Notes under the pieces: generated by a model
The model's database searches: none
Seen by the model: only the letters and a program-made list of their open reading frames with translations
Told to the model about the DNA's origin: nothing
In this document: positions 1 through 9,224 of the stretch, one piece after another
Numbering within the stretch: the stretch's first letter is position 1
Layout: each line of letters begins with the position of its first letter
Position numbers and translations under genes: made by a program
Origin: an uncultured Lentisphaeraceae bacterium
GTDB taxonomy: Bacteria > Verrucomicrobiota > Kiritimatiellia > RFP12 > UBA1067
Length of the DNA stretch: 64,000 nt
Assembly: GCA_964406095.1 (NCBI GenBank)
Contig: CAYOQJ010000092.1
Span: 590-64,589, forward strand
Reading direction: 5' to 3'

Positions 1-1710
1 CCGTCGAGCAGATTTCATTCCACCAGGTGCAGGTTCCGAGCTTTGCACAATATCCAACTCCGTAAGAGAGCGCATTTTGTCAACCCCCCAACCCGTCTCA
101 TCATACAAACCGGCACCATACATCCAGATAAGCGTCCGATCCTCTTTTTTCAGATTATTACGAATCCAGCTACGTGCTCCGCTACTGATCGCATAGGTTC
201 CGGCAAACAGATAAACCTCACAGGGAGGAACCCGACCCGCTGTCAGATCATCCAGCAGGTAAATACCAAAACTGACACCGGCGCGGTGCAGATTATCTCG
301 GAGAAACATGTCGATCGTCAATCGCGCTCCGGCATTATCAATTGAGCGTGTGGCAACATAACGGGCACTTCGCTCATCGATTATCACGGCGACATCCGGC
401 TGATAAACCTGCTGATATTCCGGGGCGCGCGCCAAGGCATCGCTGATCTTTTTCTGCTTACCCAGTTCCTGCATAAGCTGCGTTGAGTCATACCACCCGC
501 TGCCATACAGATCAAGGCGCCATAAACCGCTGCCGCGTGTGAGATTAGCTAGATGGTTGCGGCGCAGATTGGCGATTGTGCCCTGAATGTCGGAAAAATT
601 TGAGAGATTGCTGTCGGTAGTGAGATAAGTGCGACTGTCATCCTCGGTAAAGAAAAGTTTATTGTTGAGCAATATCGAATCCACTGCGCCGTGGAATGAT
701 CCGGCACCGATATCCAGATGCGGTCGCCCGAGCCAGACCGGTGTCCGGTAAACGTAGGAATAAGGGGCTGCCAGAAAATCCAGTGAGGGCGAATCCAGAA
801 CCTTGCGTAACGCATGATGGCCCTTGTAAAAGACCTGATTGCACTCTAGGAGATAGCCGTAAAAAGCTCCTGTCAGCGGATTCTTGCAGGAGCTTTCTTT
901 GATAGTCTGAGCCAGAGTCAGCAACAACTCGGCGTTGGCATTCTGCCGGAACTCAGTGAAATCAAGTGCCCGCCCTCTGAGATGCGGGTTGCGAAAAGGA
1001 CCGAGGTCGGCGAATGTCAGCTCCTGCGCTGAGGGTACGGTGATCTGATCAAATGATTCAAGCTGCAAATCATTCCAAGCCCGGCGCAGCACTCCGACAT
1101 CGTTGCCGTAGCGTTGCTCAATCCATCTGCGGAATGCTGCCTCAGTTGCATCTGAAAAGCCATAATATCCAGCCGGGAGCATAAATTCTCCGCCCTCGAA
1201 AACAGCTATCTGATAACCGGCGATCGATTCCGCGTATTGCTGCTTTTCAATATGCGTAACCAGATCGCGTAGATAATCAACGGCAGCGGTGATATATTCT
1301 GGGGAATTCGGGTCAGGCATAACATGCAGAGAGCCATCCGTTTGTCTAAGTCGCGTGCGGTGCTGATAATAGGTGTGCCAGGAGTGAGGTGGATGCAGAC
1401 CCCCAGCATGCAGAATGATCTGCGCTGCCGGATTGTCACCAAGTATCTGTGCCACGCCTTGATCTAGAAGTTGTTTGTCAAGTGTTAGCCTGCCGTCATC
1501 CCTGTGAATCGTTGAACAGATGCCGCGGACAATCGCCAGGTCCAATCCGTTGGTCGCCGCCATTGCGAACTCTCGCTGCGCGATGGTATTGTTGCGGATA
1601 TTGGCGCAAAAGGAATCCTGGGCGATTATCTCTCCATCCTGAGAGAGTTGCGGAAAACCGCAGATAATGCGGGAAACACTCAGCAGATTGATCAGTAGAA
1701 CGGTAAACAT
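1..1710 (-). CDS. Secreted glycoside hydrolase-like protein (GH42-type beta-galactosidase-like), 3' end cut by the window edge
   Basis: Not in the ORF track because it runs off the left edge. Reverse-strand ATG at 1710-1708, then 570 sense codons with no stop down to base 1 (last codons ...MKSARR). N-terminus MFTVLLINLLSVSRIICG looks like a signal peptide. Segments YYGFSDATEAAFRRWIEQRYGNDVGVLRRAWND and DVAVIIDERSARYV...VYLFAGTYAISSGARSWI resemble GH42 catalytic and trimerisation-domain signatures. Confidence 0.6.
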   Translation of the reverse strand, partial: MFTVLLINLLSVSRIICGFPQLSQDGEIIAQDSFCANIRNNTIAQREFAMAATNGLDLAIVRGICSTIHRDDGRLTLDKQLLDQGVAQILGDNPAAQIILHAGGLHPPHSWHTYYQHRTRLRQTDGSLHVMPDPNSPEYITAAVDYLRDLVTHIEKQQYAESIAGYQIAVFEGGEFMLPAGYYGFSDATEAAFRRWIEQRYGNDVGVLRRAWNDLQLESFDQITVPSAQELTFADLGPFRNPHLRGRALDFTEFRQNANAELLLTLAQTIKESSCKNPLTGAFYGYLLECNQVFYKGHHALRKVLDSPSLDFLAAPYSYVYRTPVWLGRPHLDIGAGSFHGAVDSILLNNKLFFTEDDSRTYLTTDSNLSNFSDIQGTIANLRRNHLANLTRGSGLWRLDLYGSGWYDSTQLMQELGKQKKISDALARAPEYQQVYQPDVAVIIDERSARYVATRSIDNAGARLTIDMFLRDNLHRAGVSFGIYLLDDLTAGRVPPCEVYLFAGTYAISSGARSWIRNNLKKEDRTLIWMYGAGLYDETGWGVDKMRSLTELDIVQSSEPAPGGMKSARR

Positions 1711-1881
1711 ATGTTGGTCTCCCGTGTTAAGAACTTGTTGCGTTAAACAAATCTTAATTTAAATTATACATTCATTTTTAAACATGCAGAGCTTTCTTCT
1801 AGCCACGCTGTTTTAAAACAGACAGGCACTTCAAGAAGACAACAGCATCCGTCAATGGGGCTGGGTCAGGCTGCCTGCGGT

Positions 1882-2514
1882 TCAGGGGCGATGATGTTTA
1901 GCATGTTGTACAATAAGGGCGTGATACTCCTGGTATACCCGGATGCGGCATTCGTTTTGAAAAAGCGGCTCAAGGGCTGTGTGAAAGCGGTGCTGTATCT
2001 GCTGGTAATTATCCTGCATGGTGATAATACCGACGGAGGAAAACAGGCGGCGGGTGTAAGTGTCGACTACAAACCAGGGCTGTTGCCAGCCGTACAGTAG
2101 CATCGAATCAGCGGTCTCCGGCCCTATACCACGCAATTTCAGCAGTTCGTCGCGGGTGGGAGGCGAATCACTCTGCCCGGCAAAAAATTCAGCGAATGTC
2201 TTGAGATAAACACACTTCTGGTTGAAATAGCCAGCAGGATGAATAGCCTCTTTCAGGGTTTCGTCCGCGATCTGTTGCAATCTCAGCGCCTGAATGAGTT
2301 CTGCTGCACGCAGATTTGCCAGGGCTTTCTCTGCCGATTTCCAGGCTGTGTTCTGTGTAAGTATGGTGCCAATACATATTTCGAAGCGCTGATTTGCGCT
2401 CCGCGGCAGGTCATATCTGCCAGGATGATATTCGCCATCCAGCGGCCACCATCCCTGCTGGCCGTAGAGTTCCATCAGTCTGTGATATTCTTCTATGATC
2501 ACGTGGTGTATCAT
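1882..2514 (-). CDS. Endonuclease III-related HhH-GPD DNA glycosylase family protein
   Basis: 210-aa ORF. TILTQNTAWKSAEKAL and LKLRGIGPETADSMLLY match the helix-hairpin-helix/GPD signature. No C-terminal Cys cluster. Its start lies 5 nt from the tyrA stop. Confidence 0.8.
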   Translation of the reverse strand: MIHHVIIEEYHRLMELYGQQGWWPLDGEYHPGRYDLPRSANQRFEICIGTILTQNTAWKSAEKALANLRAAELIQALRLQQIADETLKEAIHPAGYFNQKCVYLKTFAEFFAGQSDSPPTRDELLKLRGIGPETADSMLLYGWQQPWFVVDTYTRRLFSSVGIITMQDNYQQIQHRFHTALEPLFQNECRIRVYQEYHALIVQHAKHHRP

Positions 2515-2519
2515 TGAAC

Positions 2520-3359
2520 TCAGAGCATCTCACGAATCTGGTTGGCCCTGTTGATCATCTCCGTCATTTTTCGCTTATCTCCTCTATCGAGTGCTGTTTT
2601 GAACTCATCGAGTGTTGCGGAGAGTTGACAGACAGCCTGTAGAATGTTTTCGCGATTCTGAATGAAAATCGGCACCCACATCTCGGGAGAGCTCATCGCC
2701 AATCGCACGGTCGATGCGAAGCCACCGCCAGCCAGACGGGGGACGGCATAACCTGCTTTTTCCTCATTCTGTACAGCCAGGGAGAGTGCGTAAGCGACCA
2801 CATGTGAGACATGCGAAACATAGGCTGCGTGGCGGTCATGCTGGGCTGCATCCATAAACTCAAATTTAAGTCCAGCGAGGTGAAACAGTTCCAGTGCGGT
2901 TCTGCAAGCATCCGGGGCACTGTGTTCGAGATCACAGAGCAAAACGGTCTTGCCTCGAAAGAGATCCTTGCGCGAGGCCTGCGGGCCTGAGCATTCTGTG
3001 CCAGCCATCGGGTGCGCGGCTACATAGCGCGAACGTGCGGGGTGATTACTGACACACTCTGTTAACAGGAGCTTGGTTGATCCCATGTCAATCACGGTCT
3101 GATTGTCACGCACCATGTCGAGCACTTCCGGTAACAACTTGTAAATTGCATCAACCGGTATCGCCAATACAACGACATCCGCACTCGGCACTGCTTCGGC
3201 AAGGGATAATATCTCATCGACAATGCCCAATTCCAGAGCGATCTGGGCGTTGCGTTCACTGCTCTCAACACCGATCAGTCGCGTGATCGACGTTCCTTCA
3301 CGCAGATCGCGGGCAAAAGAGCCGCCGATTAGACCTAGTCCCACTATTGCTACTGTCAT
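2520..3359 (-). CDS. tyrA: Prephenate dehydrogenase
   Basis: 279-aa ORF. N-terminal Rossmann motif VAIVGLGLIGGSFA, plus GSTK and AAHPMAG motifs typical of prephenate/arogenate dehydrogenases. Confidence 0.85.
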   Translation of the reverse strand: MTVAIVGLGLIGGSFARDLREGTSITRLIGVESSERNAQIALELGIVDEILSLAEAVPSADVVVLAIPVDAIYKLLPEVLDMVRDNQTVIDMGSTKLLLTECVSNHPARSRYVAAHPMAGTECSGPQASRKDLFRGKTVLLCDLEHSAPDACRTALELFHLAGLKFEFMDAAQHDRHAAYVSHVSHVVAYALSLAVQNEEKAGYAVPRLAGGGFASTVRLAMSSPEMWVPIFIQNRENILQAVCQLSATLDEFKTALDRGDKRKMTEMINRANQIREML

Positions 3360-3396
3360 TGTGTTTGTCCTGCCTATAGAAACTAGAGCTTTAAAT

Positions 3397-3422
3397 GAAA
3401 AAAAGACACGCTCTCGCGCGCC
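3397..3422 (-). terminator. Rho-independent terminator candidate downstream of the RRM gene
   Basis: The minus-strand RNA reads GGCGCGC-GAGA-GCGUGUC: a 7-bp stem with two G-U pairs, followed by UUUUUUU. On the plus strand the same stem would carry A-C mismatches, so it is strand-specific. Confidence 0.5.
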
Positions 3423-3449
3423 TTTTTTATCAAAATTATCCGATTAAAC

Positions 3450-3788
3450 CTACCAGCGTGACTCGCCGCGGTCTCTTTTGAAATCACCACCACCGCGACG
3501 TTCACCTCTGAACTTGCCACCACCGCCGCCGCGACGTTCGCCTTGGGGTTTGGGTTGTGATTCATTGACGCGCAGCTTGCGGCCCATGAATTCAGCATCA
3601 TTTGTCGCTGAAATCGCGGCCATCGCTTCGGTCTTGTCCGGCATATCCACGAAACCGAACCCCTTGGAGTCACCAGTAAAGCGGTCTGTGATTACACGGG
3701 CTGAACTTACAGTTCCGTGCTGTGAGAACAATTGATTCAAGTCTTCGTCTGCAGCCTGATAAGGCAAGTTACCGACATAGATATCCAT
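3450..3788 (-). CDS. RRM-type RNA-binding protein with Arg/Gly-rich tail
   Basis: 112-aa ORF. RNP2 IYVGNL and RNP1 KGFGFVDM motifs, with C-terminal RRGGGGGKFRGERRGGG repeats. Confidence 0.9.
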   Translation of the reverse strand: MDIYVGNLPYQAADEDLNQLFSQHGTVSSARVITDRFTGDSKGFGFVDMPDKTEAMAAISATNDAEFMGRKLRVNESQPKPQGERRGGGGGKFRGERRGGGDFKRDRGESRW

Positions 3789-4317
3789 TTGTTATTCCTG
3801 CTTTGTGTCATCCTCAAATCCCGAGTGCTGCATGATGACACGAATGCGGACCGGTGTTGCCCCTGTTGGCATTTAACCCTTAATGGATTATCTTTGTATG
3901 GGGTTTATTTGTCAGGTTGCGATCGGCTAAACATGTTCAACATCCAAGCTCGGTCTGTTTTATCCAGATAAACAATTCCCAATGCTTTAAATTATAAGCA
4001 GCATTATGCCGGGTTGTCAACTCTGCTTACAAAAAAAAAGAAAATATTTTGCGAGAGCCAATTGATCATATTTTGCCAAGCTCCGCTTTACTTGGTCACC
4101 ATAATTCCAAATACGCCCACTGATTCCGGCTTTGCCGGTCTGAACCTGTTAAAACTGCCGCCGATGTCCGGTACCTTGGGAGAAGGCATTTTGACCATGG
4201 CGCTGCTTTACGCATTTGCAATAAGTGGCAGATGCGCTCTCAGAAAATCTCATGCCAAGAGAGCATTGCGATTTGAACAGCTGTTATGTTATCCTGAGCG
4301 AAAGCGAAGTGAGGTTT

Positions 4318-4971
4318 ATGCAGATGAGTGGTTCAACCAGAGAAGGGGCCGGCAGCCGCAGTATTAAGCGGTTTCCTCTTTATCTTAGAATTTTGCGGGA
4401 AATGAAAGCAGAGGGCGCTAAGTTCGCCTCCGGCGCGGTAGTGGCCAGAAGGCTGGCCTTTGATCCAATTGTAGTGCGCAAGGATTTTGCCAAAACCGGC
4501 GCGGTCGGCAGACCGCGACTTGGGTTCCCTCTGGAAAATCTGATTGCAGCGATTGAGCGTTTCGGCGGATGGCAGACCCAGACCAAAGCGGTTCTGGTTG
4601 GTGCGGGACGACTGGGTTTGGCGCTGCTGGGATACCCCGGCTTCCGTGAGCAGGGCTTTAAGATCGAAGCCGCCTTCGATATTAATGCGTATCACAATCA
4701 GCGGATTACCGGTGTCCCGGTTTATCCGGCGGAAGAGATAACCGGCAGAGTCAGAGAGCTCGGGGTCTCGCTCGGCATCCTGACTGTTCCGGATGAGTGC
4801 GCGCAGAAGATTACAGATGCTTTGATCGAGGGAGGGGTGCGTGGTGTCTGGAATTTTACTTCGGTGCGCTTGGATGTGCCCGGACATGTGGTTGTCAAAC
4901 GCGAAGACCTGGCGGCCAGTCTGGCAGTGCTGTTCTATCGTCTGCATAAGGATGAGGAGTCCCTCAAATGA
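4318..4971 (+). CDS. rex: Redox-sensing transcriptional repressor Rex
   Basis: The track ORF is 4225-4971. I prefer the ATG at 4318, which has GAGG 5 nt upstream. A winged-helix region (RFPLYLRIL...) is followed by Rossmann motif VLVGAGRLGLAL and a C-terminal VWNFT motif typical of Rex. Confidence 0.8.
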   Translation: MQMSGSTREGAGSRSIKRFPLYLRILREMKAEGAKFASGAVVARRLAFDPIVVRKDFAKTGAVGRPRLGFPLENLIAAIERFGGWQTQTKAVLVGAGRLGLALLGYPGFREQGFKIEAAFDINAYHNQRITGVPVYPAEEITGRVRELGVSLGILTVPDECAQKITDALIEGGVRGVWNFTSVRLDVPGHVVVKREDLAASLAVLFYRLHKDEESLK

Positions 4972-6128
4972 TCTGCGGCATGGATGTTCTGCTACAGGAG
5001 CATGTGGAGGCACTTAAAAAGCACCGTGTGGCACTTCTCTCGCATCAGGCGGCTCTGGTCAGAGGTGGTGCCACTTCGGCGCAGGCGTTGCAACGGGCGG
5101 TTGGTCCGGCGCTGTGTGCGCTCTTCGGCCCTGAGCATGGATTCACAGGTCAGGCTGCCGCCGGTGAAAAAACTTTCAGCTCAACTCATCCCGAGTGGGG
5201 TATTCCGGTTTATTCACTTTATGGAGAGATGCGTTCACCGTCGGCTGAGATGCTCGCCGGCATAGACACGGTAATTTGTGATCTGCAGGATATAGGTGTG
5301 CGCTGCTACACCTATCTGGCCACTCTGCTCAACATGTGTGCTGCCTGCCGAGAGGCCGATGTCAATCTGATTGTGACCGACCGTCCGATACCGCTGCCTA
5401 TGACAGTCGATGGCCCTTTGACCGAACCCGGTTTTGAGAGTTTTGTGGCACCCTGCCCTTTACCGATGGTTTACGGTATGACACCCGGTGAGACAGTACG
5501 GTGGTTCTGCGCGATAAAAGGCATTACCTTGCAACCGAGCGTTGTCCCTATGAGCGGATGGCGGCGTACGGATTCGCTCTGTTTCCCGACAGATACCGGC
5601 GGTTTCATGGCACCCTCACCGGCTCTCAGCAGCATTGAGAGCACATTTTCCTATGCGGCACTGGTCTTTTGCGAGGCACTCTCCGGCATCGATTGCGGCA
5701 GAGGAACCAATATGGCCTTTCGTCTGTTCGGCGCACCCTGGCTGGAGGGTGAGGCCTTCTCTGAGATTCTCAACCGCCGAAAGATCAGCGGCGTTCATTT
5801 CCATCCACATCGTTATCTTGCCGCTTCGGGTCGCTGGCAGGGACGCGAACTGAACGGCGTGCGTTTGGTTGTGCATAAGCCTGCCGCATTTCATCCGGTT
5901 GAGTGTTCACTGCATATCATCCGGGAGTTGGCCGGACGTTACGGTGATTTCAGAGTGTGGCAGGCTAAGGGTGTACGGCAGCGCTGGTTCGATAAACTCT
6001 ACGGCGGATCAACAACTCGCCGTGATCTGAAAAACAATGTGAGCGCAGGGCGCATCGCGACACGGTGGCGGCGGGAGCGGACGGAATTCGTGCGTGCACG
6101 CGAAAAAGCAATGCTTTACCGAGATTAA
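4968..6128 (+). CDS. DUF1343 family protein (NamZ-like exo-beta-N-acetylmuramidase family)
   Basis: 386-aa ORF. Its start overlaps the rex stop (ATGA). FGPEHGF and DLQDIGVRCYTY motifs are characteristic of DUF1343/YzbB proteins. Confidence 0.8.
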   Translation: MICGMDVLLQEHVEALKKHRVALLSHQAALVRGGATSAQALQRAVGPALCALFGPEHGFTGQAAAGEKTFSSTHPEWGIPVYSLYGEMRSPSAEMLAGIDTVICDLQDIGVRCYTYLATLLNMCAACREADVNLIVTDRPIPLPMTVDGPLTEPGFESFVAPCPLPMVYGMTPGETVRWFCAIKGITLQPSVVPMSGWRRTDSLCFPTDTGGFMAPSPALSSIESTFSYAALVFCEALSGIDCGRGTNMAFRLFGAPWLEGEAFSEILNRRKISGVHFHPHRYLAASGRWQGRELNGVRLVVHKPAAFHPVECSLHIIRELAGRYGDFRVWQAKGVRQRWFDKLYGGSTTRRDLKNNVSAGRIATRWRRERTEFVRAREKAMLYRD

Positions 6129-6140
6129 AAGATGTTGATT

Positions 6141-7370
6141 TTACAGGATCACGGCGTCGTTCCAGTTTGCCTGTGATGCGCCTGTACCGTAGAGTATATT
6201 GAGTCGGGCAGAGCGGTCAGGTCGTATGTTTGTGATCTGCTCGGGATCGATTCTGCCGACGGAGTTGCAGGCAGCGCTAACGCTGAACCATACCGGTTTG
6301 ATGCCCGCCACACGAAATTCCCTGTCGAGTCGCAGAGTCAGCGCAGTCCAATCAGTAGATGAAGGCGCGTCGATAACAACCGCATTGCTCTGTGCGCTCC
6401 TCCTCAGAATGGAATCTATATCCAAACCCTGCTCTGACGGCCTGGTGGCGCATGTCGCATTAGTCTCCCGCATGGTCAGTGCCAACGCGGCACCGTAAAT
6501 CGGTGCCTGCTCTCCCAGCAGGCACTCGCGCAGTGCAACTTCGTGTTCAACCAGGGTTTTCAGGGTTGCATCCAGCGCCGGTATGAATAAATCCCGGCTG
6601 AGTGCGATATTACCCCCGATGACGAGAGCTTCGGCGTTAAAGGAGCTTAGCCAGGGTGCCAGAAAACGGGCGAGTTCAGAGCCGAAGTTGTTGAAAAGCT
6701 CCCGGGCCTGTTGATTGCCCTCAGCAGCCTGAACAGCAACCTCACGGGCGCCGCTGACCTTTGTGCCGCTGATCTTTTCCCATTCGCCAACAATTCCGCG
6801 TGTTGTGAAATAATCATCGGCTATGCCACCTTTCCATGGCAGGTTCCAGAGTTCACCGCCGTCGGTAACACCTTCACCTCCGGTCTGCGGTCGGCCCTCG
6901 TCGATGAAAGCGGCTCCGAAACCGGTGCCCAGTGTAATTACAATTGCGCGTTTGAAACCGTGCGCTCCGCCGTGGAAATATTCACCCATTGCGAAAGAGG
7001 CGGCATCGTTGTTGAAAAGTACCGGTTTGTCAGCACCCAAAACATTGCTCAGGGATGTGTGAAAATCAACGCCGAACATCTGCTCATATTTCTGTTGCGC
7101 CGGTGTGATGCGGCAGATGCCGGAGGCGTAGTCAAAGGGACCGGGTATGGCTAGTCCAACCCCTTGAGCAGAATCGGCGTCAACTGTGGCGGCGCACGCC
7201 GCGATCGCCGATTCGAAGACGCCGAGAACTTCGCAGGGTGCGGCGTTGGTGTTTAGATCACGCCGGATCACGCTTTCAGCGAGCATTTCGAAGCTGGTTG
7301 CATTAACCAATGCCAGCGTTATGTGTGATCCCCCAACATCAATACCCATGAAAAAGCTCTTGTCCATCAT
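6141..7370 (-). CDS. ROK-family sugar kinase with an extra C-terminal domain of about 107 aa
   Basis: The track ORF extends to 7496. I prefer the ATGATG at 7370, which has AAGGAAAG upstream. MGIDVGGSHITLALV and ITLGTGFGAAF are actin-like ATPase/ROK motifs. The tail (6144-6464) has no family I recognise. Confidence 0.8.
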   Translation of the reverse strand: MMDKSFFMGIDVGGSHITLALVNATSFEMLAESVIRRDLNTNAAPCEVLGVFESAIAACAATVDADSAQGVGLAIPGPFDYASGICRITPAQQKYEQMFGVDFHTSLSNVLGADKPVLFNNDAASFAMGEYFHGGAHGFKRAIVITLGTGFGAAFIDEGRPQTGGEGVTDGGELWNLPWKGGIADDYFTTRGIVGEWEKISGTKVSGAREVAVQAAEGNQQARELFNNFGSELARFLAPWLSSFNAEALVIGGNIALSRDLFIPALDATLKTLVEHEVALRECLLGEQAPIYGAALALTMRETNATCATRPSEQGLDIDSILRRSAQSNAVVIDAPSSTDWTALTLRLDREFRVAGIKPVWFSVSAACNSVGRIDPEQITNIRPDRSARLNILYGTGASQANWNDAVIL

Positions 7371-7383
7371 CACTTTCCTTTCA

Positions 7384-7411
7384 TAAAAAAAGCGCCGTTG
7401 CTGACGGCGCT
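7384..7411 (-). terminator. Rho-independent terminator after the coiled-coil gene
   Basis: The minus strand reads AGCGCCGT-CAGCA-ACGGCGCT followed by TTTTTTT: a perfect 8-bp stem, 5-nt loop and T-tract. Confidence 0.75.
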
Positions 7412-7580
7412 TCGTGTTGACTGAATCTACTCGTATTGATTGCGTATGCTGCTCGGCAGAGGCATTGTCCCCTCCCAGGAGGCCGGCCCGGCCCATGGCA
7501 TATCGGTGTCATGCGGACTGTCCTGCATGCAACCGGCCACCACGAGCATTGTCAACAGCACTGCGGCCAGCACCAGCATT

Positions 7581-8738
7581 TTAAAAGAATACGACATCGC
7601 CTTTTTCCACAGTTGTCTGCTGCCAGTCGCTCAGAATATCCGCGACCACCAGATTTCTGCCACTAACTACCTGACGCAGCTTGACACGCGTTATAAATTC
7701 GCCGGCGGCACTTTGATGACCCGGACGGCGTACATTCATTTCGAGCTGAGGCAACATATTGTTGCGCTCGGGACCGAGCATCTCGGTCATAGCCGCGTCG
7801 GAAAATTCCAATACGGCGAATTTAAGATCGTCGTTGGCCTCGATAATTGTAGCTTTGTCGCCCGCGCTGAGAGCGGTGATCGCAACATCGCTGCCGCCGC
7901 CGCCACCACCACCGCTGCCGCTGGCAGGCTGTTTGCTGCGTCCGCTGATTTTCTCTTTGAGTGCTTCGATCAGCTCTTTAGCCTTGGTTAAATCCTCTTC
8001 CAGCACCAGTTTCTGGTCGGTTATGGTTTCGAGTTCGTTCTGGGTATCGGCCAGTTCGGCGTTCAGCTCGCGCTTCTCGGCGGTCAGTTTGGCGACACGG
8101 TCTTCAAGTTGCGACTTCTCATTTTCAAGTGAGGCGATCTGCTCTTTATTTTCGGTTAGTTCAACCTTTGTTTCGCGTCCGGCAGTCTTGAGCGAGTTGA
8201 TCTCATCCACTGAACCGCTCAGTTTCTCGCGCATCTTTTTAAGTTCGTCGCGTGTCAGGTTCAATTTGGCCTGTTGAACCTTGGCGCGTTCAAAGACGGA
8301 ATCAAGTAGCTCCTGCATTGAACCCTTGCCGGATGTCGCCGGACGCTGCGTCAGAGAATCAAGAACCGGTTCTCCGGTTGCCGGATCAATGACGTAGAGA
8401 CTGCGCAGTTGACGGCGTAGCTTGTCGGAGCCCAAGTCGAAGGTCGGCAGATTGGGTGTTTCAAGCTCCACAGTGTAGTTGTCCAGCATATTCTGCTTCT
8501 GAGGGCTGACAAGTTTACGGTCTTCAACGGGGTCGATGTCTTTCTCCAACGGTATCGCCGCTTTCGACTCAGCATCTTCCGCCTCAATGGTTTTGGCCAC
8601 CTTAATGACAGTCTCCTCAAGAATCTGGTTGCGCTTTGTGAGAAGCTCACGCTTCGCGAAAAGCATATTTGCAAATATCAAAGAGACGACACACAGTATC
8701 AGTATAATGATGACCAGTACTCTTAACGCTTTACCCAT
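7581..8738 (-). CDS. Membrane-anchored coiled-coil protein, unknown function
   Basis: 385-aa ORF. It has an N-terminal TM helix (VLVIIILILCVVSLIFANMLF) and a long heptad-like Glu/Lys/Leu-rich region. A GSGGGGGGGS hinge is followed by a C-terminal domain of about 100 aa. Confidence 0.7.
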   Translation of the reverse strand: MGKALRVLVIIILILCVVSLIFANMLFAKRELLTKRNQILEETVIKVAKTIEAEDAESKAAIPLEKDIDPVEDRKLVSPQKQNMLDNYTVELETPNLPTFDLGSDKLRRQLRSLYVIDPATGEPVLDSLTQRPATSGKGSMQELLDSVFERAKVQQAKLNLTRDELKKMREKLSGSVDEINSLKTAGRETKVELTENKEQIASLENEKSQLEDRVAKLTAEKRELNAELADTQNELETITDQKLVLEEDLTKAKELIEALKEKISGRSKQPASGSGGGGGGGSDVAITALSAGDKATIIEANDDLKFAVLEFSDAAMTEMLGPERNNMLPQLEMNVRRPGHQSAAGEFITRVKLRQVVSGRNLVVADILSDWQQTTVEKGDVVFF

Positions 8739-9188
8739 GACAATACCTCTAAATTAATTCCTGTAAATAGATTTAACAACATGGTTAAAAATATATTAAA
8801 AAGAGTGCGACTGCAACCAGAATTTTAACCGACGGGGGCTTTTTTTTGGGTTTTGTGCAAAACGACATCTATATCTACGTAAAATTATGCAAAACATCGC
8901 AAAAAATGCGATGCTGAGAGAATAAATCACTTGCGCTTCACGCACCCGGTCACTCCATCGGAATCGGTAATACTAGCTCACGTGCTTTTTCCTGAGATGC
9001 CGGTATGCCGACCACAGTGAGCGGAGCTCCACGCATGCGCGATCACCAATCTGATCATTGTGGCCTGCCGTTATCGACAAGCAGCCCCTGCGCCGGATTA
9101 TGTGCCGCCTGGGTACTGTAATGTCAGGAAGATATGCAGCTCTGAATACTGCTGTACGCACTTTTTTTCAACAAAAGCCGATTTGAAA

Positions 9189-9217
9189 TTGACCAAATCC
9201 GCCGCTTAGAGTATAAA
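9189..9217 (+). promoter_or_regulatory. Sigma70-like promoter candidate implying a leaderless or near-leaderless transcript
   Basis: TTGACC (9189-9194), a 17-nt spacer, then TATAAA (9212-9217). The ATG of the 1027-aa gene is 7 nt after the -10 box, and no Shine-Dalgarno lies in between. Confidence 0.4.
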
Positions 9218-9224
9218 GTCGAAC

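Noticed and set aside
4014-4367. 117-aa plus-strand ORF upstream of rex; also 8973-9161 (minus) and 7440-7991 (plus)
   Set aside because: Their composition is low-complexity or odd. They have no RBS, and they overlap intergenic regulatory DNA or the antisense strand of a well-supported gene.
8820-8850. CCGACGGGGGCTTTTTTTT as a terminator
   Set aside because: A T-run is present, but I found no complementary upstream arm to form a stem, and no plus-strand gene ends upstream of it.
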